From contig JAGBBW010000061.1 of the NCBI GenBank assembly GCA_017938285.1, forward strand, positions 7,627 through 71,626: 64,000 bases of DNA, given 5' to 3'. This DNA is from Lachnospiraceae bacterium. Lineage in GTDB: Bacteria > Bacillota > Clostridia > Lachnospirales > Lachnospiraceae. The position numbers and the translations under genes were made by a program. The first letter of the stretch is position 1, and the number at the start of each line of letters is the position of its first letter. Shown here piece by piece: positions 29,401-38,738 of this stretch. Under the pieces are notes generated by a model. The model worked only from the letters and a program-made list of their open reading frames with translations. It was not told the DNA's origin and made no database searches.

Positions 29401-30326
29401 AGGGGAATTTTGTGCTGTGGGAATGTGGCAGGGAAGCGCAGGAACGGCAGAGGACAGAAGTTCAAAGAACAAAGGAAGAACTTTTGTTTCTGCTGGAACA
29501 GATGAAAACCATGGGACCGGATAAAAGTGAAACGGCGAAGGAAATCCGGACACTGTTAGACCTTCAGGAACAGTACAGATATCCGTATGGCACAGAAGCA
29601 GATTTGCCGGTGAAGGTGACAGTTTCAGAACTGAAAAGGCTGCACCTGGAGGAAGCAGAACAGGAGGAAGTTAAGGAAGAAGTTTCTTTTGAGGATATAG
29701 AAAAATATCCGGAACTGATGATGGCAGAGAACTCCTCTGGAGAGTTTTTACCTGTGGAGGATGACGCAAGCTATCCGGAATTTCTCCTGCCGGAGAAAAC
29801 AATATCCGGTGCAGACCGTGGTACGATATATCATCATGTGATGGAACTGTTTCCGTTTGAAGGAAAGCCGTCCCGCAAAAAAGTCCAGGAGTTTCTGGAC
29901 ACAATGGTGCAGGAAGGAAAACTCCGGACAGAAGAGAGGGAAATTATCAGTGATTACAAGGTGTGGAAATTTTTTGATTCTTCCCTTGGAAAACGTATGT
30001 GTCAGGCGGAGGCAGCAGGGAAGCTTCACCGGGAGCAGCCGTTTGTGCTGGGACTTACGGCAAAGGAATTATATCCGGAAACAAACAGTGGAGAGACAGT
30101 GCTTGTGCAGGGAATTATCGATGCATTTTTTGAAGAGGAAGACGGTCTGGTGCTGATGGACTATAAGACGGACTATATTCATACAGATGCAAAAGAGGAA
30201 CTGACGAAAAAGTACAAAGGACAGCTGGGTTACTACCGCAAAGCATTGGAGCGGCTGAAAGGAAAGCAGGTGAAGGAAATCTGGTTTTATTCGTTTTCGA
30301 AGGATCTGGATTTTCGGATTGAGTAA
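26406..30326 (+). CDS. addA: Helicase-exonuclease AddAB, subunit AddA (UvrD-like helicase plus RecB-type nuclease)
   Basis: 1306 aa. LVAAAAGSGKT, DEYQDSN, and a C-terminal nuclease GIIDAFFEE...LMDYKTD. An acidic insert lies around residues 520-560. Confidence 0.92.
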   Translation: MAEIRLTPEQQKVVDTRNCNLLVAAAAGSGKTAVLVKRIIKKVTEEKQDIDRLLIVTFTNAAAAEMRERIGAAIESALEQNPENTHLQRQMLLLHNAQITTIHSFCLSVIREFFHRIELDPGFRIGDEAELSLLKSDVLEEVLEECYEKEETSFLSFTECFGSARNDEAVMEYVRRLYNTAMSQPWPEQWLDGLTEAFWLSKEEFLAHPMLEQVCRAAKSCLTDCLAVAERMIALTEEADGPFLYRETFEDDRAVLCSLAAAATDYMTLARALDEFKLGRLSSKKQEVSEEKKQLAKNLREHIKKQIKKLKEDFFYEDPEELWNSIVHMEQPMQGLVSVTKAFAQRYEKEKAEKNLLDFNDLEHKALKILVEQAADGSTVPTEAAKTLSARYDEIMIDEYQDSNLIQELVLTSVSGAWREQPNVFMVGDVKQSIYRFRMACPELFMQKYETYGDSGKEQKIDLAKNFRSRKGILDAINVLFAGLMHKESTEVEYDAAASLYFGASYPEEKEAHGTEVLFVSMQEEKEEASGTGAGQADSAAEQEEESVTAETVEEGELSQEEKTKVQAEAFAVAQRIRELMHSDLTIGSEERNVDYGDIVILLRTMSGWSEAFLEVFAEQGIPAYADTSSGYFKTFEIRKTLDFLRILDNPKQDIPFAAVLHSPIGGFCAEEMAELRVKYGAVSMEHKTNRCLYEAAREAARCCLTGKAEAEERTSAIGEKAARFFALYDHLREEAEYVSIHELMEHFYRYSGFYDVVTVMPGGERRRGNLDMLTVRAKQYESTSFSGLYDFIRYIDRLIKYEVDFGEAGNGDTGKMVRIMSIHKSKGLEFPVVFLCGMEKKFNRQDMKSRMIFHAKLGLGPEFVDTELRVKSATLLKKIIARQMNEEMIAEELRVLYVAMTRAREKLILVGTMKQPEKRYAAWKERSETVNERGMLASYISRAETYYDFVCPLLFAGNAGIRGMELEEWVRQLSAGEKIKVSLLKQMEEERFPEAEFQGNFVLWECGREAQERQRTEVQRTKEELLFLLEQMKTMGPDKSETAKEIRTLLDLQEQYRYPYGTEADLPVKVTVSELKRLHLEEAEQEEVKEEVSFEDIEKYPELMMAENSSGEFLPVEDDASYPEFLLPEKTISGADRGTIYHHVMELFPFEGKPSRKKVQEFLDTMVQEGKLRTEEREIISDYKVWKFFDSSLGKRMCQAEAAGKLHREQPFVLGLTAKELYPETNSGETVLVQGIIDAFFEEEDGLVLMDYKTDYIHTDAKEELTKKYKGQLGYYRKALERLKGKQVKEIWFYSFSKDLDFRIE

Positions 30327-30429
30327 CCAGCTGTGTGGTTGTGTGAACAGGAATCAGGTTCGGGCGGTATGATTAGAAATGGAAATTGTGGCAATACTTA
30401 GAACAAAAGAATTGTTTCAGGAGGTTGTC

Positions 30430-30630
30430 ATGAAAAAAAGAAAGCCAATTGTACTTAGTGAAGTAAAGCCGGAAGAAATGAGAAAATACGAGATTGCAAA
30501 AGAACTTGGTTTGCTGGATAAGGTGTTAAGCGAGGGCTGGCAGTCATTATCGGCAAAAGAAACCGGGAAGATTGGTGGTATGCTGTCGAGACAGGCGCGG
30601 GAAGCGAAGAACGGACAGCAGGGAAAATAA
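30430..30630 (+). CDS. Alpha/beta-type small acid-soluble spore protein
   Basis: 66 aa. KYEIAKELGL ... ETGKIGGMLSRQ matches the two conserved SASP alpha/beta blocks. RBS CAGGAGG. Confidence 0.72.
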   Translation: MKKRKPIVLSEVKPEEMRKYEIAKELGLLDKVLSEGWQSLSAKETGKIGGMLSRQAREAKNGQQGK

Positions 30631-30637
30631 ATATAAG

Positions 30638-30664
30638 GACCGGAAGGCATACAGCTTTCCGGTC
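30638..30664. terminator. Hairpin between the convergent SASP and rpoD genes
   Basis: GACCGGAAGG-loop-CTTTCCGGTC, 8 bp plus one mismatch. The T-tract is weak. Confidence 0.45.
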
Positions 30665-30700
30665 TCTGTATTATATGGAGTATATATTTCGGACAGTATT

Positions 30701-31819
30701 TTAGATATCGTATCCCTTTAACAGCTTCGCCCTGCTTGGATGGCGGAGCTTTCTTAATGCCTTGGCTTCAATCTGGCGGATACGTTCTCTTGTAACGTTG
30801 AATTCTTTGCCTACTTCCTCCAGGGTGCGGCTTCTGCCGTCGTGGAGACCAAAGCGGAGGGTCAGAACCCGCTGTTCCCTTTCGGTCAGGGTTTCTAAAA
30901 GTTTGCCAATCTGATCCTGCAGCATGGCGTATGCAGCGGCTTCTTCCGGCCCCATGATGCGCTCGTCCTTGATAAAATCGCCAAGGTGGCTGTCGTCCTC
31001 TTCACCAATTGGAGAATCCAGGGAGATAGGGTCAGCAGAAACCTTTAAAATTTCTCTTACCTTATCTACCGGAAGTCCCATAACATCAGCAATTTCCTGA
31101 TCGGACGGTTCACGGCCCAGCTCCTGCATAAGAGTACGGGAGACACGGTAAGTCTTGTTGATAACTTCAGACATATGAACCGGAATACGGATGGTACGGG
31201 ACTGGTCTGCAATGGCACGTGTAATTGCCTGACGAATCCACCAGGTAGCGTAAGTGGAGAACTTATATCCCTTGGTGTGGTCAAACTTTTCCACCGCCTT
31301 AATCAGACCTAAGTTTCCTTCCTGAATCAGATCAAGGAAGGAGAGTCCACGGCCGACATAACGCTTGGCAATGCTGACAACAAGACGCAGGTTGGATTCC
31401 GCCAGCTGGCGCTTGGCAATTTCGTCACCACTCTGAATCTGTTCTGCCAGTTCGATTTCCTGTTCAATGGAAAGCAGCGGATAGTCGCCGATTTCCTTTA
31501 AATACTGCTTTACCGGATCGTCAGACATGACGCTGGCAAGGGCATTTAAGTCCTCAGCCTCCAGTAACGCTTCATCCTCCTGGTCCATGTCCAGGAGAGC
31601 TTCTTCACTTGGCTCGTCCTCTTCCATCGGAGTCATGACAACGATTCCGCTGTTTTCCAGATATTCGTAAATCTTGTCAATCTGGCTGGAGGATAAGTCA
31701 AAGCCCTTGAAAAAGTCATTTACTTTATCAATTTCCAGAACATCCTTATTGGCACGTCCAACAGCAATCAGTTCCTTTAATTTTGCTTCAAAGTTAGCCT
31801 GTAATTCATTCATTTTCAT
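30701..31819 (-). CDS. rpoD: Primary RNA polymerase sigma factor (SigA/RpoD)
   Basis: 372 aa from MKMNELQ. Region 2 ([17 protein letters not shown]), region 3, and region 4 ([30 protein letters not shown]). The 477-aa track ORF extends into the gltX promoter, so I rejected it. Confidence 0.92.
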   Translation of the reverse strand: MKMNELQANFEAKLKELIAVGRANKDVLEIDKVNDFFKGFDLSSSQIDKIYEYLENSGIVVMTPMEEDEPSEEALLDMDQEDEALLEAEDLNALASVMSDDPVKQYLKEIGDYPLLSIEQEIELAEQIQSGDEIAKRQLAESNLRLVVSIAKRYVGRGLSFLDLIQEGNLGLIKAVEKFDHTKGYKFSTYATWWIRQAITRAIADQSRTIRIPVHMSEVINKTYRVSRTLMQELGREPSDQEIADVMGLPVDKVREILKVSADPISLDSPIGEEDDSHLGDFIKDERIMGPEEAAAYAMLQDQIGKLLETLTEREQRVLTLRFGLHDGRSRTLEEVGKEFNVTRERIRQIEAKALRKLRHPSRAKLLKGYDI

Positions 31820-31937
31820 TTCCTCGGTTCCTTCTATTTGGCATAAAAGCCGACTAAACGACATTATAACACAGGTGGCGGCAAATTGAAAAGAGAAATT
31901 TTTACCGAAATGCAGAATTTTTATACTCACAAAAGAA

Positions 31938-31966
31938 TTGACACAGAATTGACGGAGGAATATAAT
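31938..31966 (+). promoter_or_regulatory. Consensus sigma-A promoter for gltX
   Basis: TTGACA at 31938-31943, 17 nt spacer, TATAAT at 31961-31966. Confidence 0.6.
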
Positions 31967-32018
31967 TGGTACAGTATGTTCAGAAGTAAAGAACAGTGGA
32001 AATTGGAGGAGTTTATAC

Positions 32019-33485
32019 ATGGACAAGATCAGAACAAGATATGCCCCAAGTCCGACCGGACGTATGCATGTGGGCAATTTAAGAACCGCATTATATGAGT
32101 ATTTAATCGCAAAGCACGAGGGTGGCGATTTCATCCTTCGTATCGAAGATACCGACCAGGAACGTTATGTGGAAGGTGCTACGGAAATCATTTACCGCAC
32201 GATTGCAAAGTGCGGCATGGAATATGATGAAGGTCCGGACAAGGACAAGGGCTTTGGTCCGTATGTACAGAGTGAGCGTATGAAGACAGGTGTTTACATG
32301 GAATACGCCAAGAAACTGGTAGAGATGGGAGAGGCGTATTACTGCTTCTGTACGAAAGAACGTCTGGAAGGACTGCGTACTTCCGTTTCTGACAGTGACG
32401 AATCCAAGGAAATCGTAAAGTATGACAAGCACTGTCTGCACTTAAGCAAGGAAGAAATCGAAGCAAAACTGGCAGCAGGAGAGCCTTTCGTTATCCGCCA
32501 GAATATGCCGGCTACAGGTACGACAAGTTTTACGGATGCAGTGTATGGCACAATTACGGTAGAGAATGAGGAACTGGATGACATGATTTTGATTAAGTCC
32601 GACGGTTTCCCGACCTACAACTTTGCTAACGTAATCGATGACCACTTAATGAAGATTACCCACGTTGTCCGTGGTAACGAATACTTATCTTCCACACCAA
32701 AGTATACGAGATTATATCAGGCGTTTGGATGGGAAGAGCCTACGTATGTACATTGTCCGCTGATTACGGACGAAGAGCACCGCAAGCTTTCCAAGAGAAG
32801 CGGCCATTCTTCCTTTGAGGATTTACTGGAACAGGGCTTTTTGCCGGAAGCCATTGTGAACTTCATGGTGCTGCTTGGCTGGAGTTCTGGTACGGACCGT
32901 GAAATTTTCTCCTTAAAGGAGCTGGAGGAAATTTTTGATTACCATCATATCAATAAGGCACCGTCTGTCTTTGACATTCAGAAGCTTCGCTGGATGAACG
33001 GCGAGTATATGAAGATGTTGGACGATGACAAGTATCTGGAGCTGGCAGTTCCTTATGTGAAGGAAGTTGTAAAGAAGGACTACGACTTAAATAAGATTGC
33101 CATGCTGGTAAAGACCCGTATTGAGACACTTTGCGACATTGGTGAGAAGATTGATTTCTTTGACGAACTTCCGGAGTACGATACGGAAATGTATGTACAC
33201 AAGAAGATGAAGACGACAAAGGAAAGTTCCCTGACCGTATTACAGGAGTTGTTGCCGGAACTGGAAGCACTGGAAGATTATTCTATTGCTGGTGTAGAGG
33301 CAGTCTTAATGGGCTACATTGCAAAGACCGGTATCAAGAACGGACAGGGTCTGTGGCCGGTTCGTACCGCCGTTTCCGGCAAGCAGTCCACACCGGGCGG
33401 TGCTTATGAAATCATGGAGATTCTCGGCAAGGAAGAGTCCTTGAACCGTATCCGTAAGGCAATTGAGATGTTGTCTGCGGAGTAG
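32019..33485 (+). CDS. gltX: Glutamate--tRNA ligase
   Basis: [26 protein letters not shown] (HIGH-type motif) and KLSKRSG (KMSKS-type motif). Confidence 0.93.
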   Translation: MDKIRTRYAPSPTGRMHVGNLRTALYEYLIAKHEGGDFILRIEDTDQERYVEGATEIIYRTIAKCGMEYDEGPDKDKGFGPYVQSERMKTGVYMEYAKKLVEMGEAYYCFCTKERLEGLRTSVSDSDESKEIVKYDKHCLHLSKEEIEAKLAAGEPFVIRQNMPATGTTSFTDAVYGTITVENEELDDMILIKSDGFPTYNFANVIDDHLMKITHVVRGNEYLSSTPKYTRLYQAFGWEEPTYVHCPLITDEEHRKLSKRSGHSSFEDLLEQGFLPEAIVNFMVLLGWSSGTDREIFSLKELEEIFDYHHINKAPSVFDIQKLRWMNGEYMKMLDDDKYLELAVPYVKEVVKKDYDLNKIAMLVKTRIETLCDIGEKIDFFDELPEYDTEMYVHKKMKTTKESSLTVLQELLPELEALEDYSIAGVEAVLMGYIAKTGIKNGQGLWPVRTAVSGKQSTPGGAYEIMEILGKEESLNRIRKAIEMLSAE

Positions 33486-33499
33486 AAGGAAGGTAAATT

Positions 33500-35509
33500 T
33501 TGAACTTCAACGAGGCACAACAAAAAGCAATAGCACACAGAGAGGGACCAATGCTGGTACTAGCTGGTCCCGGCTCTGGAAAAACAGCCGTCATCACAAG
33601 AAGGGTTCTGGAACTTATCCGTCAGGGAGTGGCTCCAGGCAATATTCTTGTGATTACGTTTACCAAAGCGGCAGCAGTGGAAATGCAGGAACGTTTTGAG
33701 CGTCTGCAGAACGAAGGAGGGGCTGCGGTACCTGTGGGACGGGTCAATTTCGGTACCTTTCATGCCGTGTTCTTTAAAATTCTAAAATATGCCTATCGTC
33801 TGGATGCATCCAATATTATCCGGGAAGAAGTCAGTACACAGATGCTGTCGGACATTATCCGGAAGCTGGAGATGGAAATTGAAGATGAGAGGGAATTCAT
33901 TGACGGAATCCGGTCAGAAATCAGCAGAATAAAATCCGAACGGATTGACATAGCGACCTATTATTCCATGAACTGCCCGGAGGAGCAGTTTCAGCGGATT
34001 TATCAGGAATATACAGAAAGAATGAAGCAGCAGCGTCTGATTGATTTTGATGATATACTGCTGTATACGTATGAACTTCTGGAAAAACGGCCGGACATTC
34101 TGAAATTGTGGCAGGATAAGTACCGGTATGTTCTGATTGACGAATTTCAGGACATCAACCGGATTCAGTATGATATCATCCGTATGCTGGCGGCACCGCA
34201 GGACAATCTGTTTATTGTGGGGGATGATGACCAGTCGATTTACCAGTTCCGGGGAGCAAAACCGGACATTATGCTGAATTTTACAAAAGATTATCCGGGG
34301 GCGGAGCAGGTTCTGTTAAATTATAATTACCGTTCCCAGGAGGAAATTGTAAAGGCGGCCCTGCGCCTGATTGGCAACAATAAAAAACGGTATGAGAAAA
34401 AAATCCTGTCTACAAAGGAGGCCGGAATGCCGGTGAAAACGGAAAACTTTCCGTCCCAGGAGGAAGAGGGGGAACGGATGGTGGAATTAATCCGTAAGTA
34501 CAAGGCACAGGGCATTCCTTACCGGGAAATGGCAGTGTTATTCCGTACGAATACCCTGGCAAGAAGCCTGATGGGAAAACTGTTGTCGTATAATATTCCA
34601 TTCCAGATGAGGGATGTGGTGCCGAACCTGTTCGAGCACTGGATTGCAAAAAATATGATTGCATATATAAAACTTGCCATGGGCAGTCGGGACAGGGGAC
34701 TTATGCTGCAGGTGATGAACCGTCCGAACCGTTATCTGGCGAGGGACACGCTGACGGAACCGGTGGTGGATTTTAATAAATGGAAGTGGACCTACCGGGA
34801 GAGGGACTGGATGGTGGAACGCCTTGATAAGCTGGAGTATGACCTGGAAATGATTTCAAAAACAAATCCATATGCCGCCATTAATTATATCCGCCGTGGA
34901 ATCGGCTATGACAGTTATCTGGAGCAGTATGCGGAATACCGCAGAATGCGGCCGGAGGAACTGATGGAAACTTTAACAGAACTGCAGGAAAGTGCCAGGG
35001 GGTTCCAGACTTTTGAAGAGTGGTTTGCTTACATGGAACAGTACAAAAAGGAGCTGGAGCACCAGAAAGAACAGCGGGAAAAGCGGAATGCAGAGGGCGT
35101 GATGCTGGCAACCATGCATTCTTCCAAAGGACTGGAGTATGAGGTGGTGCTGCTGCCCGATGTAAATGAAGGAATTACGCCTTATAAAAAAGCAGTGTCT
35201 GAGGAGGAACTGGAAGAGGAAAGGAGGATGTATTATGTTGCCATGACAAGGGCAAAACAGTTCCTGCATGTGTTTTCCGTACGGCGTCTTCACGGAAAGG
35301 AGATGGACCTGTCACGCTTCGTTGGGGAGATGGCAGTGGGGACCGGGGAGCTTTTGCCGGGAACCAGGGTGGTTCATGCCACATTTGGCGAAGGAACCGT
35401 AGTTATCCAGGAAAAAGATACCATAAAAATATATTTTACGTCGATTGGTGAAGAAAAGAAGCTGCGGCTGGATGTGTGCCGGAAAAATAATCTGCTCCGG
35501 CTGGAATAA
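33500..35509 (+). CDS. UvrD/PcrA-family ATP-dependent DNA helicase
   Basis: 669 aa with a TTG start. AGPGSGKT, DEFQDIN, TMHSSKGLEY, and a C-terminal GTRVVHATFGEGTVV tail. Confidence 0.85.
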   Translation: MNFNEAQQKAIAHREGPMLVLAGPGSGKTAVITRRVLELIRQGVAPGNILVITFTKAAAVEMQERFERLQNEGGAAVPVGRVNFGTFHAVFFKILKYAYRLDASNIIREEVSTQMLSDIIRKLEMEIEDEREFIDGIRSEISRIKSERIDIATYYSMNCPEEQFQRIYQEYTERMKQQRLIDFDDILLYTYELLEKRPDILKLWQDKYRYVLIDEFQDINRIQYDIIRMLAAPQDNLFIVGDDDQSIYQFRGAKPDIMLNFTKDYPGAEQVLLNYNYRSQEEIVKAALRLIGNNKKRYEKKILSTKEAGMPVKTENFPSQEEEGERMVELIRKYKAQGIPYREMAVLFRTNTLARSLMGKLLSYNIPFQMRDVVPNLFEHWIAKNMIAYIKLAMGSRDRGLMLQVMNRPNRYLARDTLTEPVVDFNKWKWTYRERDWMVERLDKLEYDLEMISKTNPYAAINYIRRGIGYDSYLEQYAEYRRMRPEELMETLTELQESARGFQTFEEWFAYMEQYKKELEHQKEQREKRNAEGVMLATMHSSKGLEYEVVLLPDVNEGITPYKKAVSEEELEEERRMYYVAMTRAKQFLHVFSVRRLHGKEMDLSRFVGEMAVGTGELLPGTRVVHATFGEGTVVIQEKDTIKIYFTSIGEEKKLRLDVCRKNNLLRLE

Positions 35510-35616
35510 AACAAAAATATCTTTAACAGAATCTTAACACGACGCTATGCTATTATAATTTGTGGATAGTACAGAAATACAGAACGTATGTGTGTTGTGT
35601 TAAGGAGGGTCAGGAC

Positions 35617-36354
35617 ATGACAATCAGGCAGAAGGCTTTGATTGCAGAGGATGACAGAGCGTATGGGGAAGAACTTTCCAGACTGCTTTCTGAAAAAGGA
35701 TATGAGGTTTTACTGGCACATACCGGGGCGGAAGCACTGCGGATGACAACCTCCCACTGTCCGGAAGTGGTTCTGTTAAATCTGACGCTGCCGGATATGG
35801 ACGGGATGAGTATTCTGGGTGAGATCAGAAGCTGGTCTGTGATGCCGGTCATTATTATTTCCCAGAGTGCAGAAGAAGCGGATATTGTCCGGGCGCTGGA
35901 CAGCGGGGCGGATGATTATGTGACAAGACAGTGCGGACCGCAGGAACTGCTGGCAAGAATCCGGGCAGCAATCCGTCATACCCGTACCGGAAGCGGAGAT
36001 CTGCAGTTTGCCAACGAAGGGAAAATTGTAGTAGGCAGTCTGACGATTGATTATAATAAATACCGGGTGTATGTCGGCGGAGAAGATGCAGGTCTTACAC
36101 AGAATGAATTCCGGCTGGTGGCACTGCTTGGAAAATATGCAGGAAATGTGCTGACATATGAGCGGATTATGAAGGAACTCTGGGGACCGAATGCTGGCGG
36201 TGATAATCAGGTACTCAGGGTAAATATGACCAGTATCCGCAGAAAAATCAAAGAAATTCCAGGGGAGCCAAAATATATCCATACGGAAAACGGAATTGGA
36301 TACCGGATGATCAGCAGGGAAGAAGCTGCAGAACTGGAAGCACAGACGTCATAA
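35617..36354 (+). CDS. KdpE-like OmpR-family response regulator with a non-canonical receiver domain; orphan (no adjacent kinase)
   Basis: 245 aa. The receiver reads VVLLNLTLPDMDG, so Asn55 occupies the phospho-acceptor Asp position. DDYVTRQC replaces the usual DDY..KPF. The C-terminal winged helix (ENGIGYRM) is intact. Confidence 0.8.
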   Translation: MTIRQKALIAEDDRAYGEELSRLLSEKGYEVLLAHTGAEALRMTTSHCPEVVLLNLTLPDMDGMSILGEIRSWSVMPVIIISQSAEEADIVRALDSGADDYVTRQCGPQELLARIRAAIRHTRTGSGDLQFANEGKIVVGSLTIDYNKYRVYVGGEDAGLTQNEFRLVALLGKYAGNVLTYERIMKELWGPNAGGDNQVLRVNMTSIRRKIKEIPGEPKYIHTENGIGYRMISREEAAELEAQTS

Positions 36355-36531
36355 CAAACATTGGAACGCCGGTTTTTTATGGCGTCTGTGGTTTCACCGG
36401 ACTAACTGAAAAACGTGTAAAAATCAGTCGAAAAACATGAAAAAGATACGAATTTCCACTTGCTAAAAAGGGCTGGATATGATACAATAATGAGGTAATG
36501 AGAATATTCCTCATTTTTTTATGCTCTTTAT

Positions 36532-36549
36532 TTGTTAAAAAATAAACAA
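36532..36549 (+). promoter_or_regulatory. Candidate Rex (redox repressor) operator upstream of ldh
   Basis: TTGTTAAAAAATAAACAA differs at one position from the clostridial Rex consensus TTGTTAAnnnnTTAACAA. It lies 24 nt upstream of the ldh start. Confidence 0.35.
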
Positions 36550-36572
36550 TGTTAAGAAAGGAACAGGTGACT

Positions 36573-37520
36573 ATGAGCAGAAAGATTACCATTATTGGCG
36601 CAGGAAGCGTAGGAGCAACAATTGCATACAACTTATCTTTGGATGATACTGCATCTGAAATCGTGTTAATTGACGTAAAGAAAGAAAAAGTAGAAGGTGA
36701 AGTATTAGATATTATTCAGGGTACCTGTTTCAGAGAGCCGATTGCGATCACCGCAGGCGAGTATGAGGACGCAAAGGATTCTGACATTATCATCATTACT
36801 TCCGGTGTGGCACGTAAGCCTGGCCAGTCCAGACTGGAACTGACACAGACCAACGTTAATATTTTAAAGGATATCACACCAAAGATCGTTGCTGTGGCTC
36901 CAAATGCCAAGTATATCATCGTAAGCAATCCGGTAGATATCATGACTTATGTTTTCACAAAGATTTCTGGTATTCCGGAGAACCAGATTATCGGTTCCGG
37001 TACCATGTTAGATACAGCAAGACTGCGCTGTGGTATTGCAGAGCACTTCAACATTGCACAGAAGAACGTACACGCTTATGTATTTGGTGAGCATGGCGAT
37101 ACTTCCTTCATTCCATGGAGCAAGGCAAGCATTTCTTCCATTCCGATGGATGAGTATGCAGAGCTGATGAAGGCAAGAGGCATGAATGTAGAGCCAATCG
37201 ACAAGGATGCCATGTTAGAGTATGTTCAGAAGTCCGGCGGTAAGATTATTGCAAACAAGGGTGCTACTTTCTATGCAGTTTCCAACTCTGTATGCAAGTT
37301 ATGCAGCATTCTGCTTGCTTCCACAGAGTCCATGAGTACAGTTTCCTCCATGATGCATGGAGAATACGGTATCGAAGATGTCTGCTTAAGCACTTCTACT
37401 TTAGTTGGTCCTAACGGATGCCGTGGTAAGGTAGAAACCAAGCTGACAGACGAAGAAGTTGCACTGCTCCGCAAGAGTGCAGACGCTTTAAAGGAAATCA
37501 TTGCACAGATCGAGCTGTAA
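36573..37520 (+). CDS. ldh: L-lactate dehydrogenase (NAD-dependent)
   Basis: MSRKITIIGAGSVGATIAY, ITSGVARKPGQSRLEL, GEHGDTSF. Confidence 0.9.
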   Translation: MSRKITIIGAGSVGATIAYNLSLDDTASEIVLIDVKKEKVEGEVLDIIQGTCFREPIAITAGEYEDAKDSDIIIITSGVARKPGQSRLELTQTNVNILKDITPKIVAVAPNAKYIIVSNPVDIMTYVFTKISGIPENQIIGSGTMLDTARLRCGIAEHFNIAQKNVHAYVFGEHGDTSFIPWSKASISSIPMDEYAELMKARGMNVEPIDKDAMLEYVQKSGGKIIANKGATFYAVSNSVCKLCSILLASTESMSTVSSMMHGEYGIEDVCLSTSTLVGPNGCRGKVETKLTDEEVALLRKSADALKEIIAQIEL

Positions 37521-37551
37521 AAGCAAAAATTAGAAGGAGAATGGTTTAGTT

Positions 37552-38343
37552 ATGAAGTACAGTTATTATCCAGGATGTACCTTAAGAACAAAGGCAAAAG
37601 ATCTTGACGCTTATGCCAGAGCTTCTGCTAAGGCGCTGGGATTTGAACTGGAAGAAATCGAGAACTGGCAGTGCTGTGGTGGTGTATATCCACTCGGTAC
37701 TGACGAAATCGCAACAAAGCTTTCTTCCGTTCGTGCGCTGAATGAAGCAAAGGAAAAGGGTCAGGATTTAGTAACTCTTTGTTCTGCATGCCACCACGTA
37801 ATCAAGCGTGTCAACAATGACATGAAGAATAACGAGGACATCCGCACCAGAGCAAACAATTACATGCAGCTGGAACAGCCATACGCAGGTGAGACAAATG
37901 TACTGCATTTCTTGGAAGTACTGCGTGACAAGGTTGGATTTGACCAGCTGAAGGAAAAGGTGGTAAATCCTCTGACAGGAAAGAAGATCGGCGCTTATTA
38001 CGGCTGCCTGCTTCTGCGTCCGGGCAAGGTTCTCGGTTTCGACAATCCGGAGAATCCTACCATCATCGAAGATTTCATCCGTGCTATCGGAGCAACTCCG
38101 GTAGTATACCCATACCGCAACGAATGCTGCGGCGGCTACATTTCCTTAAAGGAAAAAGAAATGGCAAAGAATATGTGTGATAAGATTAAGGACAGTGCGG
38201 CAGGCTTTGGCGCAGAAATGTTAATTACTGCATGTCCGCTCTGTATGTATAACTTAAACAAGAGTTCCGAGACAGAGCTTCCTGTTTACTACTTCACAGA
38301 ATTACTTGCCGAAGCACTTGGAGTAAAGGAGGACGCAGAATAA
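37552..38343 (+). CDS. hdrB: Heterodisulfide reductase subunit B-like protein (two CCG domains)
   Basis: 263 aa. YYPGCTL and two CCG motifs (WQCCGG, NECCGG). Confidence 0.8.
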   Translation: MKYSYYPGCTLRTKAKDLDAYARASAKALGFELEEIENWQCCGGVYPLGTDEIATKLSSVRALNEAKEKGQDLVTLCSACHHVIKRVNNDMKNNEDIRTRANNYMQLEQPYAGETNVLHFLEVLRDKVGFDQLKEKVVNPLTGKKIGAYYGCLLLRPGKVLGFDNPENPTIIEDFIRAIGATPVVYPYRNECCGGYISLKEKEMAKNMCDKIKDSAAGFGAEMLITACPLCMYNLNKSSETELPVYYFTELLAEALGVKEDAE

Positions 38344-38732
38344 TGAGCAGTGCAAAGAATCAGGCTGAAAAGATTAAAGAAATCAGCGGCGTGAATCCAT
38401 TAAAGTGTATGAAGTGCGGAAAATGTTCTGCTTCCTGTCCGGCGTTCAACGAAATGGACATTAAGCCACACCAGTTCGTATCCTATGTACAGAACGGTGA
38501 CATCGAAGCGCTGGCAAATTCCAAGTCTCTCTGGAAGTGTCTCTCCTGCTTTGCCTGTGTAGAGCGCTGCCCAAGAGATGTACAGCCAGGTAAGTTAATT
38601 GACGCAGCAAGACAGCTGGTAGTCCGCCAGAAGGGTCAGACCGGTCTTGCACCGGAAGAAATTCCGGAACTGCTGGATCCGGAACTTCCACAGCAGCTGC
38701 TTGTCAGTGCGTTCAGAAGATACAGGAGGTAA
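38343..38732 (+). CDS. hdrC: Heterodisulfide reductase subunit C-like 4Fe-4S protein
   Basis: 129 aa. CMKCGKCSASCP and CLSCFACVERCP. ATGA-type overlap with hdrB. Confidence 0.75.
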   Translation: MSSAKNQAEKIKEISGVNPLKCMKCGKCSASCPAFNEMDIKPHQFVSYVQNGDIEALANSKSLWKCLSCFACVERCPRDVQPGKLIDAARQLVVRQKGQTGLAPEEIPELLDPELPQQLLVSAFRRYRR

Positions 38733-38738
38733 GCCGTA

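Noticed and set aside
31820-32134. 105-codon N-terminal extension of the rpoD ORF (the track gives 477 aa).
   Set aside because: The extension runs through the gltX consensus promoter and overlaps the gltX start. The Met at 31819 has an RBS and gives a normal 372-aa SigA.
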